Origin: Balanoglossus misakiensis
Lineage: Eukaryota; Animalia; Hemichordata
NCBI GenBank assembly: GCA_040954595.2
Contig: CM082590.2
Location: forward strand, 2,046,001 to 2,110,000
Length of the DNA stretch: 64,000 bases
Direction of reading: 5' to 3'
The first letter of the stretch is position 1. Every line of letters starts with the position of its first letter. Positions 11,836 to 25,100 of this stretch are shown here, in pieces. The position numbers were made by a program, and so were the translations under genes. Under the pieces are notes generated by a model. It did not search any database, was not told where the DNA came from, and saw nothing but the letters and a program-made list of their open reading frames with translations.

Positions 11836-13125
11836 GGAGGCTATATATATTCGATAGATGACACTGAATACGAAAAATAGACAATTTCTAACACCGAATA
11901 TTGCACAGAAACTCCTAGGATTTTACCGAACTAAAACAGAGTGAAACGAATTTACTTTAAACATTTTAATAGACTATTGACTTCGTGCTATGTAGAGGCG
12001 TATTTTCGTTTAATGGATTCGAACCAGTACGTGATGTTTTGTAGGAACAGCTGATCGACGAAGCGAGGCGTTTATTTTTAGACTCGGAACTCCTTGGCAA
12101 CGACGATGGTAACCAAGGGCCGGCACGAGCGAATCTGCTGTACAGCTATAAACTTTCAAAGGAGAATGGATACTTTTGTTTTTTCTGTGCGTTTGTTTTG
12201 ATGAACTTGATCCGTACACTGTTGCACTGGTGTTGTACGCATATGCATTTTGACGTGTATTGACATTGGGTTGGAACAAAATTTTGCGAACTATTATGCG
12301 GAGGAATTGCCTTTATTGATAGACGCTGATTTTGGCTGATTTCGGATTGTATATATGCGGACGAGAGACTAGTAGATGACGTTTCTTTATTACAGCGAGC
12401 AGAGTATGGAAGTTAGTGAGAAAATACTGAGGGAGCCATCGTACAGGGTCATTCCATTTAGACTATAGGGAAACGACGTGGGAATGATGCGAGAGTAACT
12501 CGGAACACTAGTGACTCAGCGAAACTTGGCGAGTAACGTATGCATCGGTGTTATTTCAGCCACGTGTACTTTCGCTGATTCTGTGGGAACAGTTATCTCA
12601 GTTGAGAGACCTCATCAGTACATTAGTAATGAGCTCGGGCATGAGATTCTTTCATGAAAACCGTATCAATCGTACCCTCGCCGCTCCTGGCTATTCTATG
12701 GAATCGTCCATCTGGAGAGGACATCTCCATGGCAACCCCCGACGTTGCAGGAGCGTGAGAAGAAATGGTAGCAGTGGACGTAGTTTTGAGAAGACGTAAT
12801 GCGGAAGAAAACGACGAGTTGAGGATGAAGCTATGCGACCGGATGTGTGAAGTTTAGTACACGTGGAACTCATTCATGTTGAGCAGCGGACGTCGATGCT
12901 CAATGAATCTGTTGAGCTGGATTGCTTCGGACGTTGTGCTGACCTTATGTCTTTGATATTGTTTATTTCTCGTTCAGAACAATTTTTGCGAGTTTTGAAT
13001 TTTTATGAGTACATGTATTTGCATTTGGTACGTCAAGTTAGAGTAAGTATAGTGAGAACCCTCATTTTAGATTGATAGAGAAGTGTATTGCTAGTAGTAA
13101 GTCTAGGAGGACCTTACGACTTTTT

Positions 13126-13137
13126 AGCAGGGGGCTA
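13126..13137 (+). promoter_or_regulatory. Polypurine tract
   Basis: AGCAGGGGGCTA follows a T-run and directly precedes the TGTAGCG start of the LTR. Confidence 0.7.
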
Positions 13138-13934
13138 TGTAGCGACTGAATTATCATTCTTCGCTATATTTCAGGGGCGTACGTAGATTGCATTGGTATA
13201 GACGCGATTGGATAATAGTTTGGGCATAGCAGAAACTGTTCACGTGACACTGTCCTGCGCTATCCATATTTGGTAGTTAGTTTGATACTTTTCTATGAGT
13301 TTCTATCGGCTGACATGCCTTGTTTTCGTAGTTGAGTTTTGCGGCAGAGAGAGAGTGACCGTAATGGCGAAGTAGCAGTGTGTGCAGAGAGACGCGAGGA
13401 GAAAGAGTAAGAAACTCGAGCACGGACTACGAGAGCCGTCTAGCGTGGCAAGCGCTGCTCTCAAAAGCTCGTAGTTTGCCGTTCCTAGTTCCGCGGGTGG
13501 CGATGTATCCCGTCTATTGAACTTTCGTTAGAGTACGGGCAGACCGAGACCGGAGACGAGTGAGATAGAGATTAGCAGCGTAGAGCAGGGACGACGTGAC
13601 CAGACTGCAGTGTTGTATTCCTTCTGAGTTGTGTTGATGAAATAAATACAGCTGGGAAGTTGGAACCGCATTGCTGTGTGGACTGATAGTTTTGTGGTGA
13701 ATTCAGGCGTGTGAGGCCGCTAACCTTACAGCAATCTGCCGACCGCTTGAGAACTTTCTCGACCTACGTATAGACTTATTATTGGTGGCAGCAAAAATCT
13801 ATGAACCCAGCCGGACACGTCATACTCGTGACTGTCGGCATATGTGAATATTGGTTGCAGCAGGACAGTGTACGAAATACCCGAGCATCCCGTGGCGTCC
13901 GACGGGTCGGTCCGACGGCCAGGCAAACGCCACA
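13138..13934 (+). repeat. 3' LTR (797 bp)
   Basis: Starts TGTAGCG and ends CGCCACA (imperfect inverted TG...CA termini). AATAAA at 13641-13646. The 3' end matches the 5' remnant. Confidence 0.85.
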
Positions 13935-14870
13935 CTATTTTCAAACTGGTTGGAAAATGCCTCGTCCCTTCATCCAGAGAGCAGCGATTCTTCTCTGTCC
14001 ATGTTATGCCAGACAACTGATACGTCACCCTATTAATGGGACCTGTCACCACCCACCAGATAAAGGTGCAATCCTAGCTGCCTCCGCCGTCCCTTCACTA
14101 TGACCGACTACAGAATGACAATCCACAATGCTTCACCGATAACACTTTTGAGTATATTGGTCAAATTGCGCGCATCATGCAAGAACTATGACGTCATTCC
14201 ACAGTACGGCAGCCAGAGAAACAAAAAAATTACAATATTAATAAAATTGCCTTCCTACCTACCCTCTTTTGAAAACCATGTAATCGGAACACATATATCA
14301 TTTTTATGTTGCCTAAGTGCTGTTCAAACTTCCTCGACACGGTGATGATTCTTGTTGCTGTGTTTTGTGAGCGCTGAAGTAGATTTATTGAAGATTGAGG
14401 AAGACCAAACAGTAACGAATTGCAGTAATCAAGTTTGGTTGAAAGAACTGAAAATTTTTCAAAGAGAGATGCACCCTATTTATTATTTTCTAACACATGA
14501 ATGACCCTAGGCCTGAGATCGCACCATGGCCTATCTCGGTATTCACAGATACTTTTCAGCGTAATTCTGATGTAATTGATAGGTTTAGGGTCCGGGTATA
14601 TTTTACAACCGATAACTAAAGCAAAAGGACTAATTCCTATATTCTGAATCAAGTGAATGAAATGTAGACGGCGAAAGGACGTGACAAGACTCGAATCTGA
14701 ATCAGAATATGAATCTTGGGCTGTGGAACATGAAACGTGAAACTTGAAACGTATATCTTGAATTAGGCTTACCCGAATTAATGTACAACAATCATTAAAG
14801 ACAGGTACTGAAATATTTATCCGATGCGTCGAAGACGAAAAAAAACACAAGTTGTAGGGCCTACTCTCTT

Positions 14871-14951
14871 GGAGTGAGGAGGAACCCAAACCCTAACCCT
14901 AACCCTAACCCTAACCCTAGGAGTGAGGAGAAACCCTAACCCTAATTAGGG
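14871..14951. repeat. Short interstitial telomeric-type (CCCTAA)n tract interleaved with a duplicated GGAGTGAGGAG unit
   Basis: GGAGTGAGGAG, CCCAAA, (CCCTAA)4, CCCTA, GGAGTGAGGAG, AAA, (CCCTAA)2, TTAGGG. Confidence 0.85.
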
Positions 14952-15971
14952 TCCAAGTGGTCCCCCATGTAACCCGAATTCAAAGGTCTACCAAAAAAAC
15001 ATTATGTTTTTAAAAGGTTATAAACACTGTAAATGATAGATTTCAATGAAAATTATTTATTTTAATTTATTGGAGCTCTAACCCTTGTATATTTCAGGGT
15101 GATAAAATCTCAGGTAACATAGAGGACCAGTTTATCGGTTAAGGTACCTTAATGGAATTGGTTAAAAGCCTTTTGGTTGACCCTAATGAGTAATCCAGGT
15201 GTTATTCAATTGTATAAGTGTCCCTCTTCTAACCCCCTGAGGAAGAAAAGTGAAAAAATTTTGGTCCAAAAAATGCAGTAAAATTCTTATACTAACTGTG
15301 AGCTGGCTGCATCAGAAAAACACCGAAATCTTCACAAGCATGATTTTTGGCATAAAAATCGTTATTTCACCGAATTCTGAAAAACCTTTGGCACGTTTGT
15401 AATATTTTTGATGCTGATTTTTTTATACTAAAATTTTTAAAATTCATCACGATTTAGGAAAATTATTCAAAGAACCAGTGTTGGGGACCACTTTGATGTT
15501 ACCTGTGTATTGTGTATGGGCGAAAATGCGAACTTTCTAAATTGTTGCCATTTCATTGTTATTAAACATACACCTGTCAAACTCGCATATTTATTGAAGT
15601 TGACATAACAGATTTCAAAACTAGTTTCAGTTTTAAAATTGAAGGTCGCTAAGTGTGTGAGTTGTAGGTTACAACAAACATACCAAAGGTGAATTTTAAA
15701 ATTTTCATTTTAAATACACACTTTGCTTTTTTAAGATTATATCTTTATTTTAAGCATTTCAAATATGAAACTTTAGGTAAACCATTATGCGATGTTATAG
15801 AATATTGAAAAGTTTACACTATTAAGATTGGACACCATTAATTATTTCAAATAATGCTGCAAAATAGACTGAAATAACTCCCATTGACTTAACATGTATA
15901 AAAACAAAGGAATAAGTTTTTGGGGACACTTGGAATTTTTTTTATGTTGAAAACTCGGCGAAAAACGTTTT

Positions 15972-16520
15972 GTTTTATGCTTATTCTAACGAATATCTTA
16001 CAATCCAATATATGGTTTTTAAGCTCCGATTCTGGGCTCTCTAACCCTGAAAACCGTTTTCCAAAAATCATAGAAATAAAATCAGAGAGCCAACGATTAC
16101 AATTTGTTACGATCGTATTTTGCACTCACTTCCGGGTTTCGGCCAATTGCAGTCAAATACTTTTGATAAAAGGCTTCGTTTTATGCTTATTCTAACAAGT
16201 ATCTAACAATCCAATATATGGTTTTAAAGCTTAGAATCTTGGCTCTCTAACCGCTGAAACCGTTTTTCAAAAACCGTAGACTTGAAACCAGAGAGCCAAC
16301 GATTACAATTTGTTACGATCGTATTTGCACTCACTTCCGTGTTTCGACGAATTGCAGACAAATACCTTTTATAAAAGGCTTCGTTTTATGCTTATTCTAA
16401 CAATTATCTAACAATCCAATGTATGGTTTGAAAGCTTAGAATCTTGGCTCTCTAACTGCTGAAACCGTTTTTCAAAAATCGTAGAATTGAAATCAGGGAG
16501 CCAACGATTATAATTTGTTA
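15972..16520. repeat. Tandem repeat, ~206-bp unit, about 2.7 copies
   Basis: GTTTTATGCTTATTCTAAC recurs at 15972, 16178 and 16383 with collinear downstream sequence. Confidence 0.9.
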
Positions 16521-17215
16521 TGGTCTTTTTTCGTGTGTAGGGTTAGGTACTTAGGGATTTTGGCGACAGTTTTTTAGGTTAAGTTTACATCACTTCTGAC
16601 TCACTTAGAGTGGGCCGATCTTTAAGGTGTAACGTGTTTTGAAATCGTCAATTATTGCTCTAAAACATATTAAAGACCTGAGTTGCTCTCTTTAAGAATA
16701 AATTAATATGTTTGCTAAAAAGAAAGTGATGTTTAAGGGATTCTTTTGTTTTTATGCATGTTAAAGAATAGGACAAATAATAATAGTTGTGACCCTATCC
16801 TGATTTGTACAATTTAAGTAGCTTGAGTACTGTTTTTTTCAGGATGTATAGACATTTGAATTTTCTATGCTATAGTACATTATTTTTTTAAAAATGTAGA
16901 CAAGAAGTTATAAAACCGTAATTATGAAAAATAATGTCAAAGCCCCATAGGCTTTACACTGTAGACAACAGGGTGTCATAGGTTAAAATTTTGGAAAGTA
17001 AGAAAACATGTTGTTTAAAGCTTGTTATTTTCAGAATGTGTTAAGAACATGATGATAGGACACTCCATACATTTTGTTAAAGTTGTTACATGTACAGCAA
17101 TGCCAGTAGCTATTGAGTCAAAATAGACAATTGATAAATCTGACAAAGACAATTTTGTTACATTTCAATATATGTTTGCAAATTTGGTTTAAACACTTAG
17201 CATCATCCGATTTTA

Positions 17216-17355
17216 AAACTGTTTCATATGTATTATAAAGAACAATATGTATTTAAAATATTGTTAAAGTGTTAACTTCATTGCTGAATCAATAAAGAAA
17301 CCAGAGTGGTACAAACAATGTCAATTTTGGGTGATAATATATGCTGTTAAAGAGG
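17216..17355 (+). repeat. 140-bp direct repeat, left copy (flanks the recombinase gene)
   Basis: Matches 19825-19964 with about 6 substitutions and no gaps. Confidence 0.92.
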
Positions 17356-17482
17356 TAAAACAGCATTGTCTACTTTGTCGATTGACAGCGCCTTTCTTGG
17401 AACAATGCGGTTTCCTTATTCCTCACACAATGAGTGTATGTGAGTGTGTGTCCATGCTTTGATAATATTAATAATAATTATA

Positions 17483-17720
17483 ATGTTACAGAGACGTTAT
17501 AAATAAATAAGTACATTGAAAATGATCTGTTGAAAAGTATACGTATTACATTACAACATATTACAAATATTAAATAAGCGACTTAATAATAATGCTTTTC
17601 AAAAAGATATGTTACAGAGACATAAATAAATAAGTACATTGAAAATGATCTGTTGAAAAGTATAAATTCAATAATACAACATATTACAAATATTAAATAA
17701 TTTCAAAAAGATATATTACA
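17483..17720. repeat. Local AT-rich tandem duplication, ~125-bp unit
   Basis: ATGTTACAGAGAC...TAAATAAATAAGTACATTGAAAATGATCTGTTGAAAAGTATA...TACAACATATTACAAATATTAAATAA occurs twice. Confidence 0.8.
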
Positions 17721-17764
17721 AAGGCATTTAATATGTAAGAATAGTGTGTGTATATGTGTGTTTG

Positions 17765-19854
17765 TTAGTTTGTCTTTGAATTAGCTTTTTCTCTCTTATC
17801 CACCCTATTAATTTTGTCCTTTCTTATTCTTAATTGACGTACGGACACGGTGGCAAATTTGTTTGGTTGAGAATTCTGCCATTTCATCAGCCAAAGTTGG
17901 GTTGTCTTCTTGTACTTTTCAACATCTTTGCTGCTAACTTTACCAACTGGGCTGCCAGTCATCTCCACACCACCCTCATCTGTATTGTCAACAAAAGGCC
18001 TTTTGGATATGGCCAGTTTTGAAAACAACTGATTTGGGTGATGGTCAATGCTGGGTGGTGCTATGCTTCCCACTGAACTCTCATCATTTTCATATTGCTC
18101 AGTTGCACTCACTTTCATTTTTTTTTCTTCCATGTTTTATTCGCAACTATCTTGGAACACAATTCACGCGTTGAATAGGTAACACTCGCAGATTCCTGCA
18201 CACCTTTTGCCATGGCATAAAAAGATGCCTGTGTGCGGGAACTATGTGCCATGTGTGACGTGAGGGGCACTGCAAGATCAGGATCGTTCAGCAAAACGTA
18301 TGTAACGGTGGATTTGCGTAAAATTGTTGTAGTCAGTTCTTTTGAAATGACATCCGCAAATCGCCAGGCAGCTTTCAGTGCCTTCGCAAACATACTCGAG
18401 TTAAAATCCCTGCTATGATACATCCTGAACAACGTGGTAGAGTTATCATTCCCCCTCCCCCTCACAAAAGGGTAATACGTGTTCAATATACATCATAGCC
18501 TGTTTATACAGTGTAGACGAGAAAACAATTCTCGTGGGCCCTGGTGTTGCTGAAGTTTTATGTGCCGCAACAGTCACAGCCAACCCCTTGTCAGTCTCTT
18601 TGGCTGCTCTAACATCCCCAACTGTTATGATTTTTATAGGCACAATTTCTTTGCGCATTGTCTAGGACTAGTTGCACCATAATGTGGCCTGACATTAGGT
18701 AAAAATCTTCCCGTGAAACGTGTGGTCTGCCCTCCCCCACATAGCAAAACTCTGTTGGCGTGGATCGCCATTTCGCACGTCTCATAGGATGCAATCTCCT
18801 CAGGAGTCAAGATCTTTTCCTGTTCTGCATCCTGAAAAACACTTCTCCTTAATTTTCGTTCTTTTGTCAGAACCTGAGCCAAACGGCTACACTGATCTAT
18901 CATCTGGCATGCATTTGTAATAAAACCGTTATGTTCTGAATCGAGAAAACGATAAAGTCTCAAAGAAAAAATATATGACCGAACTGTTGAAGCTTCATAA
19001 GTCTTGAGCATGGCTTCAAGACATTCCCTGACTTTTCCCTTTTCACTCAAACCTTTCACCCCCCCCCCCCCTCCCCCCAAACAGACTCAACCAGTTTTTC
19101 AGCCAGAGCTGGATGCTGGATTGCTGCTTTCCCAAACTTTCTCCCCCACCTATTCCCTGTATCCACTTTTTAAAATCAGTTATAAGAATATTTTCTGTGC
19201 TTTCCATCACCCCCTACCCCCTTTCTCTCTAATTTCTGCCTCCAATTCTCTGTCTGTTTCAATAACCCCCACCCCTATCTCGCCTTCTGAATCACTTCTA
19301 TTTTCTGATTCGAAATCTCTTTCTCTTTCACTAACCCTCTCCCCCATCTGAGGGCATCTCACCATCACTTTTATTATTTCTGACTTCTAAAGATCTTCTT
19401 TCCCCTTCCCTACAACTTCTTTTGCCATCTTCCTGCCCTACATTGCCCTTTTTCCTCTGCTGTGTAATGTATTCCCTTTTGAGTCGCAATGCAACTCTAG
19501 CAGTTCTGGCCAGTTAGTAGTTTGTATTTGGCGTATCTGTTACTAATGTTGTGAATGTTTTGCAGGTGATGATCTATTCTTTTTTACTTTTTTATAACAC
19601 TTGTCGAATGGACATGTTTTATACAGTCGCCCGCTCCCATGTTCTTTAGACAGCTGAATTTTGCAGTCATGGTATGCTTTCATTTTGCGTTTTGTTTCCG
19701 CATCACCATACTTATGCCATTGAATGAAGCGGCGTTTGAGATTGAAAATTTGCCACTTACATTCGGGGCATGTCATCTTTGTACGCTTGTTTTGTTGATG
19801 ACCCTTACGCGCACATGATACACCAAACTGCTTCATATGTATTATAAAGAACAA
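17765..19854 (-). pseudogene. Crypton-like tyrosine recombinase with N-terminal C2H2-like zinc fingers, frameshifted
   Basis: Fragments in order: CPECKWQIFNLKRRFIQWH and CPFDKC (fingers); DFKKWIQGIGGG and STVRSYIFSL (core-binding-like); then LDNAQR, AHKTSATPGP, TTILRKS, HMAHSSRTQASFY, giving the R-K-xxxR-H-Y catalytic order of the lambda-integrase fold. Confidence 0.8.
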
Positions 19855-19964
19855 TATGTATATAAAATATTGTTAAAGTGTGAACTTCATTGTTGAATAA
19901 ATAAAGAAACCAGAGTGGTACAAGCAATGTCAATTTTGGGTGATAATATATGCTGTTAAAGAGG
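19825..19964 (+). repeat. 140-bp direct repeat, right copy
   Basis: Matches 17216-17355. Confidence 0.92.
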
Positions 19965-20630
19965 CATTTATCATCACTGAATACACTAGCTTTGAGTGTA
20001 TAATTGCAGAAAAATGCTGATTGATTTCATTCCTTTGTGTCACATGATACTCGCGTGCTTTGAGGGATTACGTTTATACAAATGTCGAATACTTCCGATA
20101 ATTATCGCCTTTTAGATGTCCTTTTAAACTTTCCAAATTATCTGATATTTAGAACGTCTCTCGTTAACCCAATTTTCAATTGTAAAATAAGAACGTTTGG
20201 TCATTCGTATATGTATATGTATATGTTAGATTTCGTTATTTTCGTTGTAAAGGGGGGGGGCTTCGAATATACGCAAAGTTGATGTTAATTTGTGTTTTTG
20301 TTCTTATGCGGCATTTATCATTACTGAATACACTAGCTTTGAGTGTATAATTGCAGAAAAAATGCTGATTGATTGAATTCCTTTGTGTCACATGAAATAC
20401 AGAATACTCGCGTGCTTTGAGGGATTACGTTTATACAAATGTCGAATACTTCCGATAATTATCACCTTTTAGATGTCCTTTTAAACTTTCTAAATTATCT
20501 GATATTTAGAATGTCCCTCGTTAACCCAATTTTCAATTGTGGTAAAATAAAAAAACGTTTGGTCACTCTTATATGTATATGTTACGTTTCGGTATTTTCG
20601 TTATAAAGTGGGCTCGAATATACGCAAAGT
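19963..20630. repeat. Tandem duplication (copies 19963-20279 and 20310-20630)
   Basis: GGCATTTATCA...TCGAATATACGCAAAGT is present twice with scattered substitutions and small indels. Confidence 0.92.
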
Positions 20631-22125
20631 AACACTGCATGTATACGCTTGTATTAGTGGGAGGGGAAGCACCTGGCTGGTTGACACACGGGAATTGACA
20701 CTTCTATTTGTTCTGTAGAAACCATGGATGAGGGACTGTGATAATCTTAGCACACATTGGCATTACAGCGTGGTGATTTGAACTTTGGCAATTTATTAGT
20801 AGCGCTCCAAACTCCATCTATCTTAGACCACAGTCACTCTGTTTCAAATGCTGTACACGTATATGAGGGACTGTTTTCAAAAATATACTAAAGAAGGCGA
20901 TAATTATCGCAAAAGTCTAATATTTTTAAATTCTCTACTAAAAGTGGGTGAATTTACCATTGTAAACCGATATTAATTTATTTCTTGCTTCTACCACACC
21001 AATCACACAAACTCAAATGTTTGTACACTATGGTGACAACAGCAATACGGTATGGGAACTTTACAGAAGATATGTGAAACATTTCCTATGATCACTGTTC
21101 ATGTGGGAATGATCGGATTTAGTGATATGATTATTTAGAGTTTATTTTTCGGGTTAAACAGGCGGGCTGGAGGTGTTGATGCTGCGAGGACTTTGGCATA
21201 TTCTGGGTGTGGGGTTGGGCTTCACTACATGTAACTTGCATGTGAATTCAGAGTACTGATTATTTATTTTGAATAGACAGAGCGAAGATTTGGTCGCTAC
21301 TCAGACTGGAACGTTACATTAACTGTGACGATTGCCAGTTTAAGTAACCGGGTCATAATTTCCCTTTTCTTTTTTCTTCTTTCTGTGTTCGACGCTAATT
21401 TGAACTGGAGGTTGAGTACCACATCTTGACCGTTAATTTCGCTTGCTTTATGCTGTAGTGCAGGCGTTTCAGCCTCGGAATCCTTCCATGATGGCCCAGC
21501 ATTCGATGTTGTTCCGAGCGAGTCATCGGAACTGCCGCCAACGACCGATTGCTGCTGGCTGCCAACTTGAATGTCTCCAGTTTCTGAATTACGAAATTAC
21601 CATAATGAATTTTATATATGGGTCGAACAATAAAAGAAACCAGACACTCTTCTAATTTATGATATTACAATACGAAAATACCTAAATCTGTAACATTTTT
21701 ATGATCGCAAAATCGCTTTCTGTTACCTTGCATCAGGAGGTAAATTTCCTGCTGTTCTTTATCATTAAAATCACTGTCATCGTCACTACAGTCTTCTACA
21801 ATGGGTGTTGCCATAGCGCCATCATCGCCTGGGTCTTTGTTATCATCATCTATTTCAGTCTGATCTTCTTTAAACAAAACATTCAGGATAAGGTAGAATT
21901 ATGAATACACTGTTAAAGAACATGTATGACACCTTTGGTCTTGGTGTTAAATGCATGATTTACTTGCAACATGCTTCATTTCGTAACGACAGATAAAAAA
22001 ACAAATCGATTATTGACCATCGACTGCAATCCCAACTGAACGGAGGTCATATGTTGGACGATGTCACGGTTGTTTCCTTTGATCTTTGCCGAAAATTTCT
22101 GTCCACGCCCATCTTGTCTATTTCG

Positions 22126-25100
22126 CTACGGGGTCTGTTTTGACTGCAAATACAATTTGCAGATAACTTTACTATTTAACCACCTACCGGATTTATGACA
22201 ACAAGAAAGGTCATCCAGTATAAGTAGTTGTTTCCGTCCATAAAAATCCAACACGGTCTTTCTGGGTGGTAAACATCTCGATTTATGGTAGTTGACTACC
22301 CGAAGGTCGTCCGATGACTTCACTCTTCCAAGCCCAACGCTTAATTGTCCTGACTGGAACACTTTATTTGCATCAACCTGTACTCGCTGAAGCGTCTGAC
22401 CTAAACCACCAACATACATGCACTGGGAAATATTTTTAAGAAATTCAATTTGTCCTTTTGAAAATATCGTTACGGTACTATTTGTCCACATTACTGGATA
22501 AAATTTCAAGTTTCCGTTTTGCTGAGATAGCTACAACTGTATCGGTGAAACAAAGGCTTACTGTTTCATAGTAAAAGTATATGAAACACGCATACCGTAC
22601 AGATACTCTCGCTCCAGGGTCTCTGTAAAGGTCTCATGCCATGCTTTGGAAAGTTTTCATTTTTCCACGTGAAAAGCTCACCTAGGGTACCTGTCTATGC
22701 ATTGCCTATTGTGTCGGTTCCGAAAAATGTGCGCGAATGCCGGAATTTGCCCCCTTTTTTCATGCCTGTGATCAGGGAGCCACTTCGCACTCGAGCCAGG
22801 CGAAGGTATTTGCATATGGACAAACAAGTACACTACGTCCTAGTGTACCATTCTGCTAATAGTAAAGTGTAATTAGCAGTCCATGAGTAATTAAGTCCAC
22901 AGACAAAGACAAGCTATATAAACAGTGTTCAAAGCAAAGGAAGCCCTTGCCTTACATTACAGGCAGAGGATTTACAAAGGTGTGAAAGACTATTTGTCCA
23001 CATCAAGATAAGCCTTCGACTGAACTTCGAAAAGCCGAAAAAACTCGACTGAGTTGGGTTAGGGGTACACGCCCACCCGCCACTTTTACTTGCTTGTTAT
23101 CTAAGCACAAGGGGCAAAACGCATTGCAAGATAGTAACATACGTTAACTTCAAGACCCAAATAGTGATTTTACGCGTGGTTGTATAGGGCATGGCATTAG
23201 ACACACACACACTCACACACGTACGTCACATATAAGAAACCCGTTTACATTGCGCTTTGTGGAAAGTAAGAGCGAATGCCAGTTTGAGGGGTATCTGTGT
23301 CCTACTTGCCACAGTGGATTTTGGGCCAGGTAAATACACACCGAAATTGTCGGCCTCCACCTTTTGTACGATTCCATTTTCAAAGAACACGGTTACGTTA
23401 TCATCTCCCATTTCACGAACTACACCTTGTAATCCGTTTACCATCGTCGGGCTCAGATTTCGTATTAACATTACAGGCGCACCAACTTTCAAGCAGAGCA
23501 GCCTTGATATCTGAATACACTTGAGATATCGTTTATCACCTGGAAATGAAAACAGTTACATGTTTAAATTTTATCTTCGATATTTCATTCATATAGTACA
23601 CCAAAACGAAAACACGGGCGAAAAGTCAGATTAGTTGCAAAATCTGCCCACCGAACGTAAACTCAAGTAAACAATTTGGTTTTATCAATCTCACGTGGGT
23701 CTTCAAGTCAAATATTAGGCTTACTTTGCAAAGTTTTGGCTAAATATTTATTTCGACCATCCAATGCTCCTAAATAATGTCGGTCGTTTTACTCCCCATC
23801 CTTCGTACTGTGTTACTAATTTTCTAGGGTTTATCTGGAATGCAGTTTTGCGTCTTTTTTTAAGTTACGGGAGGGGGTGATATGAACTACGGTCGTATGT
23901 TCACTTGCCTTCATCTTTAGACTCGTACGTCTTCATATCTCCCGGTATTTCAAAAAGTCTTTCTTGAAATGGCCGGGAGAGACTCTTGAGCAATTATCTG
24001 TGTCTTCGCTAACACTTCCTATGGCGGTTTCTCGTACGGCTTTTACCATAAGGGATCTGTTTGTCGATGTACTTGCTGCAGGTTTATACGATGCAGGTGA
24101 CGGAACAGGTGCGACATGAAACAGAATTCACCGCTGTCTTCATATCGTGGGTTAGCTACTGGCGGCAATTGATAGAAGTCACCACATGCAACTATTTGTA
24201 TGCCACCGTAGTAATCTCTGGACCCTCTGATTTTTCTGCAGATTTCCTCAACTTGCTCGTATATTTTCTTGCTTATCTGCGGAATTATGTACAGCATATT
24301 ATTTATAATGCATAAATGATCATAAAACCGACACATGTGCAGGTGTATAAAAAATCTAAAATTTGCAGCTTGTGACTCTTTATAATAAAAACGTAATACA
24401 ACTAGTGCAAGCTTCAATATTCATAGTTACCATCGATATCTCATCAATTATGAGTATATCCGTGGACAAAATCCTATTCTTCGCAGCATAAAAAGCAGGA
24501 TCCGTTTAGCAACTCGCATAATTCTTGCGTATGATATCTTCCATCCTTCATTTAAATAATTATGAAAAAGGATAAAGTTAACCACAAGATGTCGACATCA
24601 CATCGAACATAACTTAAAACGAAGGAAAGCAGGGGACGGCATTATCTCAGTAATAAAGGCCGAAGGATAACATCATCTCTATACTAAATGGCGAAGGACA
24701 TCATTATCTCATTCCCACGGAGGAAAATAGTTTTGTAGTACTTTATTACCCCACTTGAACATCGGAACAGAATTGACGAATAAAATAAAAAAAAAAACTG
24801 TGCATGGGGGAATTGTTTGTGGGGTATGCGGATTTGTATACGGAGTCTTGACTATGGCAGAGACGAAGACTTCGAATCAATTCAAACTACTTTATTACTA
24901 CTTCATTACTATAGCTACGTAAGCTGGTATGCTACAGAAAAGTGTGTCAACTCAAATGAGAGAAGTGGAAAGACCGGATGCATTCAGAGTCAATCCCCAG
25001 AAAGTGCTTCAAAGTGGTCTCAAAACAAGTACTAATGAAAAGGAATTAGCGACATGTTATATAGCTCATCTTGGCGGGAAAGTTTATAAAAGCTAGATTG

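Larger units (their letters stand above)
6096..13934 (+). mobile_element. Ty3/Gypsy LTR retrotransposon, decayed, 5' LTR truncated
   Basis: Order is LTR remnant, PBS, gag, pol (PR-RT-RNaseH-IN), PPT, LTR. The last ~69 bp of the 3' LTR match 6117-6185. Confidence 0.95.

Noticed and set aside
6025-14103. Antisense and overlapping short ORFs across the Gypsy element and its LTR
   Set aside because: They are shadows of gag/pol or LTR sequence with no recognisable motifs.
14891-14951. Telomere-telomere fusion site
   Set aside because: The orientation is CCCTAA then TTAGGG, opposite to the (TTAGGG)n(CCCTAA)n fusion signature, and the tract is tiny.
17216-19964. DIRS/Ngaro retrotransposon or LTR element
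   Set aside because: No RT/RNase H, PBS or PPT between the repeats, and no TG...CA termini.
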